From: Pristiophorus japonicus
Lineage: Eukaryota
Reading direction: 5' to 3'
Assembly (NCBI RefSeq): GCF_044704955.1
Contig: NC_091989.1
Location: forward strand, 147,498,001 to 147,562,000
Length of the DNA stretch: 64,000 nt
Shown here: positions 1 to 13,280 of the stretch, in pieces
Layout: each line of letters begins with the position of its first letter
How positions within the stretch are numbered: the stretch's first letter is position 1
Notes under the pieces: model-generated
What the model was told of the DNA's origin: nothing
Database searches by the model: none
What the model saw: only the letters and a program-made list of their open reading frames with translations
Position numbers and translations under genes: made by a program

Positions 1-2866
1 GTTCACTTGCAAACAAGGCCCTTGCCATCCATAACCTTATCGTGGATGACTGCATCGACATCATGGCACTAACAGAAACTACCTTTAAATCGAAGCCTCC
101 CTTCCCGGCAATACCTTCCACCACTTGCCCCGCCCAGATCTCTGTGGTGGCAGTATAGCTCATCACCAAATCATATCTTGGTCTATCCCCCTACTCCTCC
201 AGCACTTTCTCATCTTTTGAACATCTCACCTTATTCTACCCCTCTCACCTCTCATTCAAAATTCTCATCCTCTACCGCCCACCCAAATATAATAAAAATG
301 TTATCACGGATATATCCTCACTGCTTTTCTCCCTCAGCCTATGCACAGAGCACCTTCTTATCCTCGGTGACTTCAACCTCCATCTTAATTCATCCTACTC
401 TCTCTCCTCTGAGTTCATTACCCTCCTGTCCTCTCTTAATCTTTCCCTCCATGTAAATTCCGCAACCCATATTAATGGCCACCCCATGACCTGTCAATCT
501 CTCGTGGCCTTGCTATTCCAAACGTGTCAATTAAAGATAAAGCCATCTCTGACCATTTCCTTGTATCGCTCGCAACCCACATCCCCCTTCCCCAATCCAA
601 ACCTACTTCCTTCTACATCTGCCCCTGGAAAACACCCTCTCCAAACTCTCTTAAAACTGCACATCAACTCAAAACTGTCCAAAATTTGGCCCTCTTTCAA
701 CAATGACATTTCTGCAGCTACCGATCTACTCAATCACATCCTCACCATCTTTGATGCCCTAGTCCCTATTAAAGATTACTCTCTCCCACACTGGCCATTC
801 CCCCGGTACAGCCCTCATCATCGCTCCCTCAAGTCAAAAGGGCGCAGACTTGAATGGACGTGACGGACAACTGGTTTAGCCATTCACTGCCAGATCTGGC
901 TCGAACACATTAAATATTATTGGTTCCTACCCTTGTCTACAAAAGCTGCTCACTATTCCAAGATTATTCAGGAATGCAATAATAACCCCAGCCACTTCTC
1001 TAACCGTTTCCTTAAAGCCCTCACCCCTGTCTCCAGCACACTCCCCTCCAACAAGTGTGCGGAGCTCATGGACTTCTTTGTCTCAAAGATTGAGACTGTC
1101 CGATCAGCTGCCTCTGAGTTCCCTTCCTTCACTTAGCCCACAGGGACAAACTTCATCTGAGGCTCCCACCTGCCCTAGCCTCACATCTTTCTCTAGTTTC
1201 TCTTTGATTTCTGCTCTTGATCTCTCCAAGCATATCTTGTCCACTTCCTGCTCCCTTGACCCTATTCCCACTATACTGCCGACCATCCAACTTGCTTTTT
1301 TGACTCCCATGTTAGCTGACATTGTTAACGGCTCTCTTTCTTCAGGTGCTGTTCCCCTCTCCTTCAAATCTGTTGTCATTGCCCCCTCCTCAAAAAAACA
1401 ACCCTTGACCCTACTTTGCTTACTAGCTATCGCTCCATCTCCAATCTCCCTTTCCTGTCCAAAGTACTGGAACGTGTTGTCACCTCCCAAATCTGTGACC
1501 ATCTTTCTATGAATTCAATGTTTGAATCCCTTCAGTCTGGTTTTCGCCACTGCCACAGTACCGAAACGGCTCTCAAAGTCACAAATGACATCCTTTGCAA
1601 GTGTAACAAAGGTAAACTTTCCCTCCTTGTCCTTCTGGACATGTCTGCAGCCTTTGATACAGTTGACCACTCCATCCTCCTCCACCTAGCCATCATCCAG
1701 CTAGGTGGGAATGCAAACACCTGGTGCCACTCTTATCTATCTAATCGTAGCCGGAAATTCTCCTGCAATGGCTTCTCTTCCCACTTCCGCATCATTACCT
1801 CTGGTGTCCCCCAAGGATCTGTCCTTTGCCCCTTCTTATTTCTCATCTATATGCTGCCCCTTGGCGATATCATCCGAAAACACGGAGTCAGTTTCCACAT
1901 TTACGCTGACAACACCCAGCTCTATCTCTCCACCACTTCTGTTGACCCCTGCTTGGTATCTAAATTGTCTGATTGCTTGTCCGATATCCAGCACTGAATG
2001 AGCAGAAATTTCTTCAATTAAATATTGGGAAGACCAAAGCCATTATCTTTGGGTCCCCGCCACAAACTGCGTTCCCTAGCCACTGACTCCATCCTTCTCT
2101 CTAGCATCAATCTGAGGGTGAAGACTGTTCACAACCCAGGTGTCATATTTGACCCTGAAATGAGTTTTCAGCCACATATCTGCAGCATTACTAAAACCGC
2201 CTTTTCCCACCTCTGTAACATTGCCCGCCTCCGCCCCTGCCTCAGCTCTTCTGCTGCTGAAACCCTCATTCATGCCTTTGTTACCTCTAGACTTGACTAC
2301 TCCAGCTCACTCCTGGCTGGCCTCCCACATTCTACACTACGTAATCTTGAGGTCATCCAAAAACTCAGCAATCCTTGTCCTAACTCGCACCAAGTCACTA
2401 TCACCCCTGTGATTTCTGACCTACATTGGCTCCTGGTTGAACAACGCCTCGATTTCAAAATTCTCATCCTGGTTTAAAAATCACTCCATGGCCTTGCCCC
2501 TTTCTATCCCTGTAATCTTTTTCAGCCTCACAAGCCCACAAGATGTCTGCGCTCCTCAAATTATGCCCTCTTGAACATCCCTCATTATAAATGCTCAAAC
2601 ATCAGTGGACGTGCCTTCAGCTGTTTGGAGCCTAAGCTCTGGAACTCCCTGCCTAAGCCTCTCTGTCTCTCTAACTCTCTTTTTTCCTTTAAGATGCTCC
2701 TTAAAACCTACCTCTTTAACCAAGCTTTTGGTCAGCTGCCTTAATTTCTTCTTTTGTGGCTCGGTGTCAAATGTATCTGTTTTGTTTTGTAACACCGTTG
2801 TGATGCGCCTTGGGACGTTTTACTATGTTAAAGGTGCTATATAAATAAAAGTTATTATTAATAATA
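1..2866 (+). mobile_element. L2-clade LINE, decayed ORF2 (APE endonuclease remnant + RT) and 3' end; 5' part outside the window
   Basis: Frameshifted ORF2 pieces: YRSISNLPFLSKVLERVV, QSGFRHCHSTETAL, LLDMSAAFDTVDH, GVPQGSVLCPFLFLIYMLPLG, YADNTQLY, HAFVTSRLDY. 3' end ggtgctatataaataaaagttattatta. Confidence 0.92.
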
Positions 2867-3850
2867 AAGTCAAAGCAGTCAACAGGGAAATGGAAAAAAT
2901 GAAGAAGTAGAGACAAAGAATACATTGCCGGTATGGACTGGTTGGGCCGAAAGGCCGGTTTCTGTGCAGTATATCCTATGTAATAAGGGACATACAGAAA
3001 ATACTTACAAAAAGATTCTGGAGAAAGATTGGGAGAATTATAAAATCAAGGAAAACCAAGTTTAAAAAACTTTAAAGAAGAACAAATTGCAAAATATCTC
3101 TCAACAAACATGCAGTGCTCTTATCTACTGCTGGCTTTTTTCTGTTGCAAACTAGTAGGAAACTCAGTTGAATGAAAACCCTCAATAGATAGCCATACAC
3201 ATTTGTAACTTCTGTTGCAATTTTTACTGCTCAGCAAAAAACATTTTCTTTAAAATGATGTTGCTTAAAATGAACGGATTTGCATTTTTGCTGCAATTTT
3301 CCAAAAAAGAATTGTAACTCAAACAGGAATTGACTTTTCAATTAGCCAACAACAGAATATCCCACTGTCAAACATTTTAGGGCATGAGGGAGAGACAAGA
3401 TAAGGGGGTAGCCAACTGGTTTAAAAAAAAGTCATGCTTAGAGTACTTCACAAATACAACTGAGTTGGAAAGTACAATATTCGGCTAATCAGAGCACTGC
3501 ATTCTTAAGTGGTGATTGAAAGTAGTGTTAATGCATAATGCATCATAAATAAACCATAGCTTCAAAAGGTTTCATATGTGCCTTTCCTTATAAAGCCTGT
3601 AAGAATTAGTACAATCAGGACATTTATCAAACTCTCCTCAAACTGTTCTAGTGAGGTGTATAAAATTATATGGAGCTAAATCCATGGTTAGTGATGACGT
3701 GGTAATTAGATTAAATGCAAGGGTTTGGAACCTTCATTTTAAGCAACAACTACAGCAGTTTTGAAAGGGAGGGGAAGGGGTGTACATAGAAACAATGACT
3801 GAAGAGAGGGGGCTGTCAGTGAGCATTGGGCAAGGCAGGGTAGTTGAGCT

Positions 3851-4580
3851 CATCATCATAGGCAGTCCCTCGGAATCAAGGAAGACGTGCTTCCACTCCT
3901 GAAGTGAGTTCTTTGGTGGCTGAACAGTCCAATACGAGAGCCGCAGACTCTGTCGAGGTGCTCAGCGCCCTCTCGGATGCACTTCCTCCACTTAGGGCGG
4001 TCTTTGGCCAGGGACTCCAAGGTATCAGTGGGGATGTCGCACTTTATCAAGGAGGCTTTGAGGGTAGCGTTTCCGCTGCTCACCTTTGGCTCGTTTGCTG
4101 TGAAGGAGCTCCGAGTAGAGCACTTGCTTTGGGAGTCTCGTGTCTGGCATGCGGACTATGTGGCCTGCCCAGCGGAGCAGATAGAGTGTGGTCAGTGCTA
4201 CAATGCTGGGGATGTTAGCCTGAATGAAGATGCTGATGTTGGTGCACCTGTCCTCCCAGGGGATTTGTGGGATCTTGCGGAGACATCGTTGGTGATATTT
4301 CTCCAGCAACTTGGTGTCTACTGTACATGGTCCATGTCTTTGAGCCATACAGGAGGGCAGGTATTACTACAGCCCTGTAGACCATGAGCTTGGTGGCAGT
4401 TTTGAGTCTTCAAATACTCTTCTCCTCAGGCGGCACTGGTGCACTGGAGACGGTGTTGGATCTTGTTGATAGGAGGCTCCCGAGATATGGGAAGTGGTCC
4501 ACGGTGTCCAGGGCCGTGCCATGGATCTTGATGATTGGGGGCAGTGCTGTGCGGTGAGGACAGGCTGGTGGAGGACCTTT
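3851..4580 (-). mobile_element. RTE-clade LINE 3' fragment
   Basis: LEKYHQRCLRKI, LRWAGHIVRMPDTRLPKQVLYSEL, TLKASLIKCDIP; (ATG)n tail read as catcatcat on +. Confidence 0.9.
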
Positions 4581-5154
4581 CATAGAGGTGCTGATTCAGG
4601 AGGGGATCAAGGGAGCAGCAGATGTGTTGGGGGGGAGGGGAAAGAGAAAGAGCTGGAGATATAACAGAAACTATAGAACACAGCAAGTTCAGAGTCAGGG
4701 TGGGGAGTGAGCTGGGAGTGGTCAGAGACTCTACCACTCTCCTGACTCTGCTTTCAGTGCCCTCAACAACCCTCACTTATTTCCCACGCCCTCTGTCTCT
4801 TCCCCCACTATAAGAAAATCAAGAACTGGCACGATAAATACTCAACAGAGAACTAGAATAATGTTCCAAACAACCTACCCACTTTAGCCTCTGTTTAGGG
4901 GAAAGCTCCACCCCCACCACCACAGACATCCTAAAAAAAGTTCAATTTTTATTTCAGGCAAGCAGAGCCAACAAATTCAGTCGCTGAACATTAGTGAATA
5001 GAAGACCACCACATAGAGTTGTGCAACTTGGAATACTGAAAGAACTTTTTCTATTTTAAATGTAAAACAATTTTTCAAGCATCCAAAACAAATTAGGAGA
5101 ATTTACTTCACTTTTGTAACAAGATATTATTTCAGAAAGCGTTGATATAAAGAG

Positions 5155-5570
5155 ACAACAAACTTACAATCACATAACATCATTCATGACCTTAGCACAT
5201 CCCAAAGTGCTTCACAGCCAATGAATTACTTTTGAAGTGTGGTCAACTGTATATGGCAGCGAATGCGCACACTTCAAGATCAAACAATAAGCAATGAGAT
5301 AAATGACCAGATAATCTGCTTTTCTAGTGCTGTTGGTTGAGGGTTAAAAATCAGCCAGAACACTGCTCTTCAAATAATGCCAAGCGATCTTTCACGTCCA
5401 CCTGAGGGGCCAGACAGGGCATCAGTTTAACACCTCATTTGAAAAAGAGTGCACCGCCAATGCTGCAGCACTGTCTGAGTGTCGACCAAGGTTATGTGCT
5501 CAAGTCTCCAACGTGCGGCTTGAACCTTCTGACTCAGGTGAGATGGCTGTCACTGAGCCAAGGCTGACAC
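5155..5570 (-). mobile_element. tRNA-derived DeuSINE (SacSINE1-like)
   Basis: The reverse complement starts gtgtcagccttggctcagt (tRNA-like head), contains the Deu core (tgttaaactgatgccctgtctggcccctcaggtggacgtgaaagatc) and ends in an L2-like tail (aagcactttgggatgt). Confidence 0.8.
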
Positions 5571-5959
5571 CTTACAAATAATTCACATGAGAAAAGATTT
5601 TATACTGCCTCCATTAGTTTAAACATATGTTGACACTCTGTTTCTCAATGATCCAGCAGCTTCTATTTTCTCGCATCATATGACTGGTCTTTCTCCACTG
5701 TGTAATTGGAAACTACCCTCATGAGTTTCCAAACTATGATACGAGCTCTGTTACGGTCAATAGAATTTATTACAAATGTGACCACGAATGCACGATTAAG
5801 GATTTATTATTTTTCCGAACGAATTTGGAAACGCCAAATTTGGAAATCTTCTCAGTTATCCACTTTGAACCATGTCAAACATACACACAAGTGAATTCTA
5901 GATTTCCCATGGGTATAAACTGACGACACATCCTACCCTATTTTTCTTTAAATATAACC

Positions 5960-6480
5960 ACAGACTATAGCCGCTGGTGATGCCACCGCCACCAGAAAAA
6001 CAGTGAAGGTAGCCAGGCCCCGCAGAGAGGAACCCATTCACCCACGGCAAACCCCGGTCCGCGCTGTGCCCACACATGACTCTTCTGATGTCCCATTTCA
6101 TCCTCTAACACAGGACACTTACCAAACGGCCATACACTGCGTCATTTCACTCCCACTTCGCGTTTAACTTTCCAGCGCAGCTCAGTGTACTTACCTGACA
6201 GCGGAAACAATGTTGCCATTCGGGTGATTGACAGCCCTGCTGACCAGTCAGATCGCGCGGTCGCGTCAGGGGCCGCAAGCCACTGGTGGGATCTCGGCCA
6301 ATCGGCGGCGCCCGGAGGCAGGGCTCTGACCAGCAGCTGAGGCTGAATGGAAACATGAGCGGCTTTCACTTCCTAGTTTAGAGAGCACGTGATGTGTTAA
6401 GGTGCTCGGTGTTTGGTACTTCGTCTGTGAGCGGATTGAGGACCTGGGATAGCTCCTGTAGCTGAGGATGAAGCTATGCA
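5960..6480. promoter_or_regulatory. CpG-rich, probably bidirectional promoter between ANKRD27 (-) and RGS9BP (+)
   Basis: Local CpG enrichment, CCAAT box (ggccaatcgg ~6296-6305), E-box cacgtg (~6386), and minus-strand splice donors at 6194 and 6122. Confidence 0.6.
6195..6235 (-). other. ANKRD27: Probable non-coding first exon of ANKRD27 (5' end approximate)
   Basis: Perfect donor CAG|GTAAGT on - at 6195/6194 inside the CpG island. Identity rests only on the known head-to-head synteny of ANKRD27 with RGS9BP; no ANKRD27 coding sequence is in the window. Confidence 0.45.
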
Positions 6481-6846
6481 CGGGTTCACACGAGAATAAC
6501 GACTTTCATGTAGATTTGTATTCGATATTATTGTAACTATTACACGAGGCGAAATGTTGACCACAAAGTTTGGCAATCACTGGTGTGTGCTCAAGTACAA
6601 TAACTTGCAACGTTGAGGTGAAATGGTCAGAAGCCAAGAAAGAACACATCGCCAGATATGCAATATGGATGAATGGCTAGCTGTGGTAAGATTATTGCAG
6701 CAAGCTGGATAATTGTGGAGTCCCTTTGAGTTTTGGCAGCGTATTTTCTCTTTAGAAGTGTTATTAAAACGTTGCCATATTACATTTTCGTACGCGATAA
6801 CAGTTTATAACACGCGTATCTGAAGGGATCGCAGCCGACTGCTAAA

Positions 6847-7566
6847 ATGGTGAAGGACGAGTGTAAGACGCTTCTGGATGCCCTGAACAAAGTGTCTGCT
6901 TGCTATCGGCATTTGGTTATCTGCGCTGGTGGGACTTCGGACTCGCAAGATTTACGCGAAGAACTGAAGCAAACCAGGCACAAAGCACAGGTGCTGGCAA
7001 TTGCCAACAGAAACAAGCTAACAACTATTTTAAAGGACAAAACTATCAGCAAAGATGAGCGAGTTGAAATCGAACGGCTGTGGGTGGTCTTTTCGACCTG
7101 TATGGATATCTTGGAGATCGACATGAGAAGAGCCCTAGAGCTGGGTCAAGAGTTCCCACTGAATATTCCCACAAAACATCTGATCCAGACGGGAATGGTT
7201 GGGGGGACTTCTGTTGTGGCTGCCCGTGCTATGAGTGTTCAGAATATGAAGTATGAAGAGGGCAACGATATAGACATTCTCGATCTGAACGACTTAGAAC
7301 AAGAGATCAATGAAGTCGGGGAAATGATATACGAGATGGAGATGAAAGTGAACGTCCTTCAGTGGACAGTGGAAGCGAAGCAAGACGTCGGTGCGGCGCT
7401 AAAATCAACCGCCAGTGCCGACGCTTCACCGCTTGGCATACTATCAGGGAATGGCGGTGACAACAAAAAGCTGTGGGATACCAGCAAGATCTTTGCTGGA
7501 GCGATGTTCAGTGCTGTGTTAATAATTGTCATTGCTTTAGCTGTGTGTATTGTAAAATTTGCTTAA
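6847..7566 (+). CDS. RGS9BP: Regulator of G-protein signaling 9-binding protein (R9AP), single exon, 239 aa
   Basis: Intact ORF: [70 protein letters not shown] matches the R9AP N-terminus. C-terminal tail anchor [21 protein letters not shown]. Good Kozak (aaaATGG). Synteny with TDRD12. Confidence 0.97.
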   Translation: MVKDECKTLLDALNKVSACYRHLVICAGGTSDSQDLREELKQTRHKAQVLAIANRNKLTTILKDKTISKDERVEIERLWVVFSTCMDILEIDMRRALELGQEFPLNIPTKHLIQTGMVGGTSVVAARAMSVQNMKYEEGNDIDILDLNDLEQEINEVGEMIYEMEMKVNVLQWTVEAKQDVGAALKSTASADASPLGILSGNGGDNKKLWDTSKIFAGAMFSAVLIIVIALAVCIVKFA

Positions 7567-7860
7567 CCTCCCTGTTCATATCTATTTTAATTGTGCACGA
7601 GAAAATAATTTGGGGTATTTGAAATGTAGGCCCTATAGATTAATCTATTTTACTTTTTATGAACTGAACAGCATCTTTCTAAAGGCAATTGTACCAGCAG
7701 TTTATTTTATTTAGGAAAAATGGATACAGCCACCTCCGTATTATAGTATTTATCTATCCAATGCTTTTATTGGTGAGGTACAATTTATTATTAGGTGAAA
7801 TGATGCGGTATGAAGTGTGTGTGTACCTTGCTACTGTTTGTGCCTGAGTAGAAATGGTAC

Positions 7861-7866
7861 AATAAA
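7861..7866 (+). terminator. Candidate polyadenylation signal of RGS9BP (a second AATAAA at ~8000)
   Basis: AATAAA ~300 nt downstream of the stop codon in an AT-rich 3' UTR. Confidence 0.5.
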
Positions 7867-8279
7867 AACATTCCAGTATACGAACTTAAGTGTATTAATA
7901 TGGCAAAAATGTTCTTAAATGTTAATTATTAAAATATTCTGTAGCAAACTGCACATTTTCACTATGTACAAGTGGAGTTGAAATATTATTGTACTGTATA
8001 ATAAATATTAATTTTGAATGCGAGCCAACTGTGGAATGTTAAATCTTGCACAACAATGTTTTATCCATTGACGAATAGTGAATTCATAGACTCATAGAAT
8101 CAATGGGTCATGTGCTGGATATGAATGTTCCATATACAAGGTGGGGAGTTGAGAGAATTCAGAAACAGGCTCTACTGGTTCTGACTATTAGGTGAGTCAG
8201 AAACAGACTCTCCTTGTGGCCAGAGGCTATAACTGCATGGTGACTGTTTACATAACAAAACTGAATATATCCATCAGGA

Positions 8280-8697
8280 AAGGATGAACAGACAGGGTCT
8301 CTTTTCCCTTCAACCAAAAAAGGCTGAGGGGTGACCCAAGAGAGATCTTTAAAATTATGAAAGGTTTTGATAGAATAGACACAGAAAAAACAAGTATTTC
8401 CACTTGTGGGGAAGAGAAAAACTAGAGGCCATCAATAAAAGATAGTCACCAAGAAATCAAATAGGGAATTCAGAAGAAACTTCTTTACCCAGAGCGTGAT
8501 GAGAATGTGGAACGTGCTACCACAGGGAGTAGTTGAGGCAAATTGTGTGCCTGCAATTAAGGGGATGTTAGATAAGCATATGAGGGAGAAGGGAATACAG
8601 GGTTATGCTAATAGTTAGATGAGGCAGGATGGGAGGAGGCTCGAGTGGAGCATGGACTGGTTGGGCCGAATGGCCTGTTTCTATGTAATTCTATGAA
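8280..8697 (+). mobile_element. CR1 LINE 3' fragment
   Basis: aggctgaggggtgac..., aactagaggccatcaa (TRGH), aacttctttacccagag, 3' end ttgggccgaatggcctgttt. Confidence 0.85.
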
Positions 8698-9039
8698 TGG
8701 GAAATGTTGACACACCCATTTACCGGGGTAAAAGCTGATACAAAAATATGACAATCTAAACCACAGCAATGCAAGGCTTGTATACCCAATACAAGATTTT
8801 TAATATATAGATGTTTTCCAAAAAAGTGCTTAATGGTCTATATGGAAATAATACAGCAAATTAATACAATAACTATTTTACAATACTCAGTCAAGTTTTA
8901 CTACATTTTGTACAGATGTGAGGTAATGTGTTTAAGAAAGTATCCAGCCCATACATTTCCTGCAATGTTGGAGCTACTGCTTCACTGCAAAACTGTTATA
9001 CTGCATTTTTATACACTGAATATTTTTCCCGTAGAAAGT

Positions 9040-10165
9040 ATTTTTTTGAATGTTTGTATATCTCCCTACATACCCTCTCCAAATCCATCTTGTCCATGAG
9101 ACCCAACTCTTCCTCTCAACCCTATACCCACTAAACTGCTAACCATCCAACTTCTCTTCTTGGCCCCCATACTAGCTGACATTGTAAATGGCTCACAATC
9201 AAGTTCTGTCCCCTTTCCTTTCAAAACTGCTGTAATTACCCACTTCCTTTCAAAAAAAACCCTTGACCCCCCCTGTCCTTGCAAACTACCGTCCCATCTC
9301 CAACCTTCCTTCCTCTCGCAAGTCCTTGAACATGTTGCCTCCCAAATCCATGCCCATCTTTCCCGCAATTCCATTCTGAACTTCTCCAATCAGATTTACA
9401 CCCTTGTCACAGCACTGAAACAGTCCTAATCAAAGTCACAAATGAAAACCTCCATGACTGTTACTTAGGGCAGGTTTGTAGATATTTCAAACATGCCAAG
9501 CTCCCAGTATCTTATTGTGCATGGGAGTGATGTAACCATGGTGCACTATTCCTCCTCAAAGCCTTTAATATGGCCAACCACACGATCCTCCTCCGTTGTC
9601 CAGCTAAATGGTATTGCTGTCCCTTGGTTTCACTCTTACCTATCCAATTGTAACCACAGAATCTCTTGAAATGACTTCTCTTCCCACCCCCACACCGTTA
9701 ACTCTGATCTATCCTTGGGGCCCCCCCTCCTAGTCCTCATCTACATGCTGCCTCTTGGTAACATCATCCAAAGTCATAGCGTAAGGCTCCACGTGTGTGC
9801 TGATGACACCTAGATCTACCTCTCCATCATCTCTCTTTACACCTCCCTATCTCTGTAACATCTTCCAGCCCTATAACCCTCCTAGAACTTTATGTTCCTC
9901 CAACTCTGACTTTTTATGCGTTCTCCACTCCAACATTGGTGGTTATGCCTTCAGGCCTCTAGGCCCAAAGCTTTGGAATTCTCTCCTTAATCCTCTCCAC
10001 CTTTCTCTTCCTTTAAGACCCCCATTAAAGCTTACCTCTTTGATTAACCCGTCCTAATATCTTTTTCTTTAGCCGAGTGTCAATTTTTGACTAGTTAGGC
10101 CTCTGTGAAATGCTTTGGGCCCTTTTCCTACGGTAAAGGCGCTGTATAAGGCAAGTTGGTGTTGT
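9040..10165 (+). mobile_element. Old, internally deleted L2 LINE fragment
   Basis: Homologous to 1230-2850 (LAPILADIVNGS, cacagcactgaaacagtcctaatcaaagtcacaaatga, ctcatctacatgctgcc); tail taaaggcgctgtataag. Confidence 0.8.
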
Positions 10166-11208
10166 ATAAGACGTTTCACGTGTACCTACCCATAAATACA
10201 GCTGACCAGCTTTAACCTCTGCAGATCAATGTCCATTACGTAAAAAGCAAGTCTTGCCAAAACCTTAGATTTAAACCTGGCAAAAGTCCTCAATACGATT
10301 AAAACGATTAACAGAACTGCGTGCCTAAAATGCACATCTCTCGAGCAACATTTATTGATCCCCTCCAACGCATTTCAGCTTCTGACAGGACTCCTGCTCT
10401 TCTTAATCATCACTCCCATGCACAATAAAATACTGGGAGCTTGGCATTTTTGAAAGATCTACAAACCTGCCCTAATTTGAGTTAATGATGATTAGAGCGA
10501 TGTTAATAAGTTAGTCAAGCACGTTACGTTTAAAATCAAGATTTCTAGGAGGAAAGTCCCAGCAACTTTCATCTCTGCTCCTCCTCAAGCACAAGCAAAT
10601 ATTATAGTTACACTTAGAGGATCAATACATTCTTCACGACCGTTCTCCAGCGGAGCAGAAGTGCGGTAAATGGTTGATCTTGATATTAACCCACGTATTA
10701 CGTGGGCTTCGACTGAATCGGGGTTCACTTTTATAATTACACACAGCGTATTTTGTAACAAGAAATTTAAATCTTAAATTATGACTTGCGTATTATGCTG
10801 CTAAGAATCAGTGGAAAAATTAAAACTTCAATATTTGTTTGAACCAGACGCTTAAATTACAAGTTCGAACTAATAATTCGATTTCATGAGGGAAAATAGT
10901 TCGTCTGTTGAATTACATGCCATTCATAAAATGAACACTGAGCTAGAGTCAAGTGTACCAACAAGCGTGTAACTAATGTATTTCATGTTAATTCTTCACG
11001 TCTGTGGATATCTCATTCTTTGACACTAAGGGCACAGTGAATTTAGTAAAATTGCATGACGGAATATTCAAACTCCGCCCTGTGTTACCTATGACCCTAC
11101 GACAAGTATTTAATTAATCAATCGCACTTAGCATTTGGAGCGGACTCTTATTGTTCACATTGGTGGTTCCCAACAAGCTAACCGCATCACGGAAGCGGAA
11201 TATCTGGC

Positions 11209-11460
11209 ATGTGCAACTTTGCATGGCCGCGAAGCAAATAACAATTATAGCGGCCAGAACAGAACTGACCAGACAAGCAGAATAGGCCAGATGCAGCAGC
11301 AAATCTGGGAATTATTCATGTTGGACTGCCTCCAAATCTGAAACCGACCAAATACCTAATGGTGGGCTTGCATGCCAGGTCCAATTTGGAGAATGGAGGA
11401 CAATTTAAGAAACTTGTGTCAGTTGCTAGTTGATCTGAGGCTGGTATTATCATTAAAGTC
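11209..11460 (+). pseudogene. Possible decayed remnant of NUDT19 exon 1
   Basis: Syntenic position. GC box (11075) and tandem ETS motif cggaagcggaa (11190) just before ATG 11209. With two frameshifts it reads M-ATL-HGREA-TIIAAR...SSKSG, resembling fish NUDT19 MNTTLKHWREAATVILAAG...RSxKSG. Short, weak match. Confidence 0.3.
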
Positions 11461-11479
11461 GAGCCATCACACATTGATT

Positions 11480-12225
11480 TAGAGAGGTGGCAGATATAAT
11501 GTGTGCATAAGTATGGGTAATACATTTTGTGGGAAAAACAATGAATGGAGATACATTTAATGGAAAGACACTAAAGGGTGTTGATGAGCATAGACACCTA
11601 AGGGTTCAAATACATCATTCCATGAAAGTGTGAGTGCAGGTATAGAAAACTATAAAAAGGACTAATAGAAATTTGGGTTTTATAAATAGTAAGCTACAGA
11701 AGTAATTGGGTGCTCCATTTATAGAAAGTGCATTAAAATCAAAGAAAGTATCCAATGTTGATGAACTGGTATCATGCCAGGGATAGGAATCTATAGCTAC
11801 AAGGACAGTTACTGGGACCATTTCTACTGAATCAGAGAAGGCTATGTGGGGATTTATTCAAGATCCTTAAAATTGAGAAGATTTGAGAAAGTGAGCAGGG
11901 AACAACTATTTCCTCTGGTTGGGAAGACAGCCATTAGGGACCATCAATTTAAAATATCACCAAGTTGTCGAGGAGAAATGTTAGGAGAAATCTCTACATG
12001 GAAGGCTTTTGGAGCATAGAATATTTTACCACAGGGAGTGATTGAGGTAGAGATCATTGCATCTTTTAAGGCAAAACTGCATATTTGAAGCAGAGACATA
12101 TACAAGGCTATGGGAAGAGACTGGGGCAGTGGCATTAATTTTGGATTGCTCCAACAAAGTCATCATAGATATAATGGGCTGAATTGCTTCCTTCTGTGCT
12201 GTAAACTTCTCTGGTTCTGTGATCA
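11480..12225 (+). mobile_element. Old CR1 LINE fragment
   Basis: gagaggtggcagatata..., agagaaggctatgtggggattt, attagggaccatcaatttaaa, 3' end atgggctgaattgcttccttctgtgctgtaa. Confidence 0.7.
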
Positions 12226-13280
12226 GTTCTTACTGATTCCTGTTGTGCATTCTGAACTTTGTTGTGATGTGCTATCTTCAAATTACAAATTTCATTAAAT
12301 TTTTTTGTAAACTATAGGGCATCTAATGAGCTTGAATTTATGATTGGAGGTTTCCCGCAGGCAAATGCCTCCAAACTGCAAGAAAAGTACGAACCTACCT
12401 GATGGTCCTGGAGGTTCGGACACTCGCGCTCCTGGGCCTCTATGTGTATGCCTGTGTAAACGGCCACATATCTCAGGGGTACATGCGGTTCACAAGCGCC
12501 CCTAGGATCACGTGGGCCAGCCCAACCAATTAAAAAGGGGAATCCCCATTATGGTTATGGGGATTCCATTTACGTACAGGATCCCCATAAGTATGAATAG
12601 GAATCCACTAAAAAACACAATTACACAACAGTTAAATAAAAATAAATCATTATATGTTCAAAATTAATTAAAATACAATTGAATTAATATTTAAATACAT
12701 TTAAAACAAAAATTACAGTTTTTAAAAAATAAATTTAAATGTTTTAAAGGGGCTAAAAATAAACTAATTTTAAAGGTTTTTTATGTTTAAATAATTTATT
12801 TAAAATTATTTTAATATTTATTTCAACTCTTACGCTGGTAAAAGAAGGCCTTACGCCTGCTTTTATCAGGTATAAGGGCTGGATTTTTGGTTCATTTGCG
12901 CCCATTTAGCACCTTAGCGGGGCGCAAAAATGATTTTTTGGGGCAGGAAACAAGATTTCGCGCCCGGGCAGAATTTTCGGCAATGGTTTAGTGGCGGCGC
13001 TCAAACTTAGCACCCGCCAGTTGTTTTGACCATTTGGGTAACGTAAATCATTGTGCATTGCTGCGCTAACACCCTGGGCGAAACTTTCGAGCATATCGCC
13101 CGATTTAGCATCCGCCCGGGAACCCACCAAGAAAAAACAGTCGGAGCCAGGGCGCACCAGGAGCTAACGGTGCCATCTTGAAAACAGAGGGAAAAGTCGC
13201 AGTTGTCAGTGATTGGGAGAAGAACGTTGTGTTATTGCGATTGTGAAATTTCTAGTTTGTTTTAAAGGACATTTTTAAAG

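Noticed and set aside
5500-5570. tRNA gene
   Set aside because: Only the degenerate tRNA-derived head of a SINE; no intact cloverleaf.
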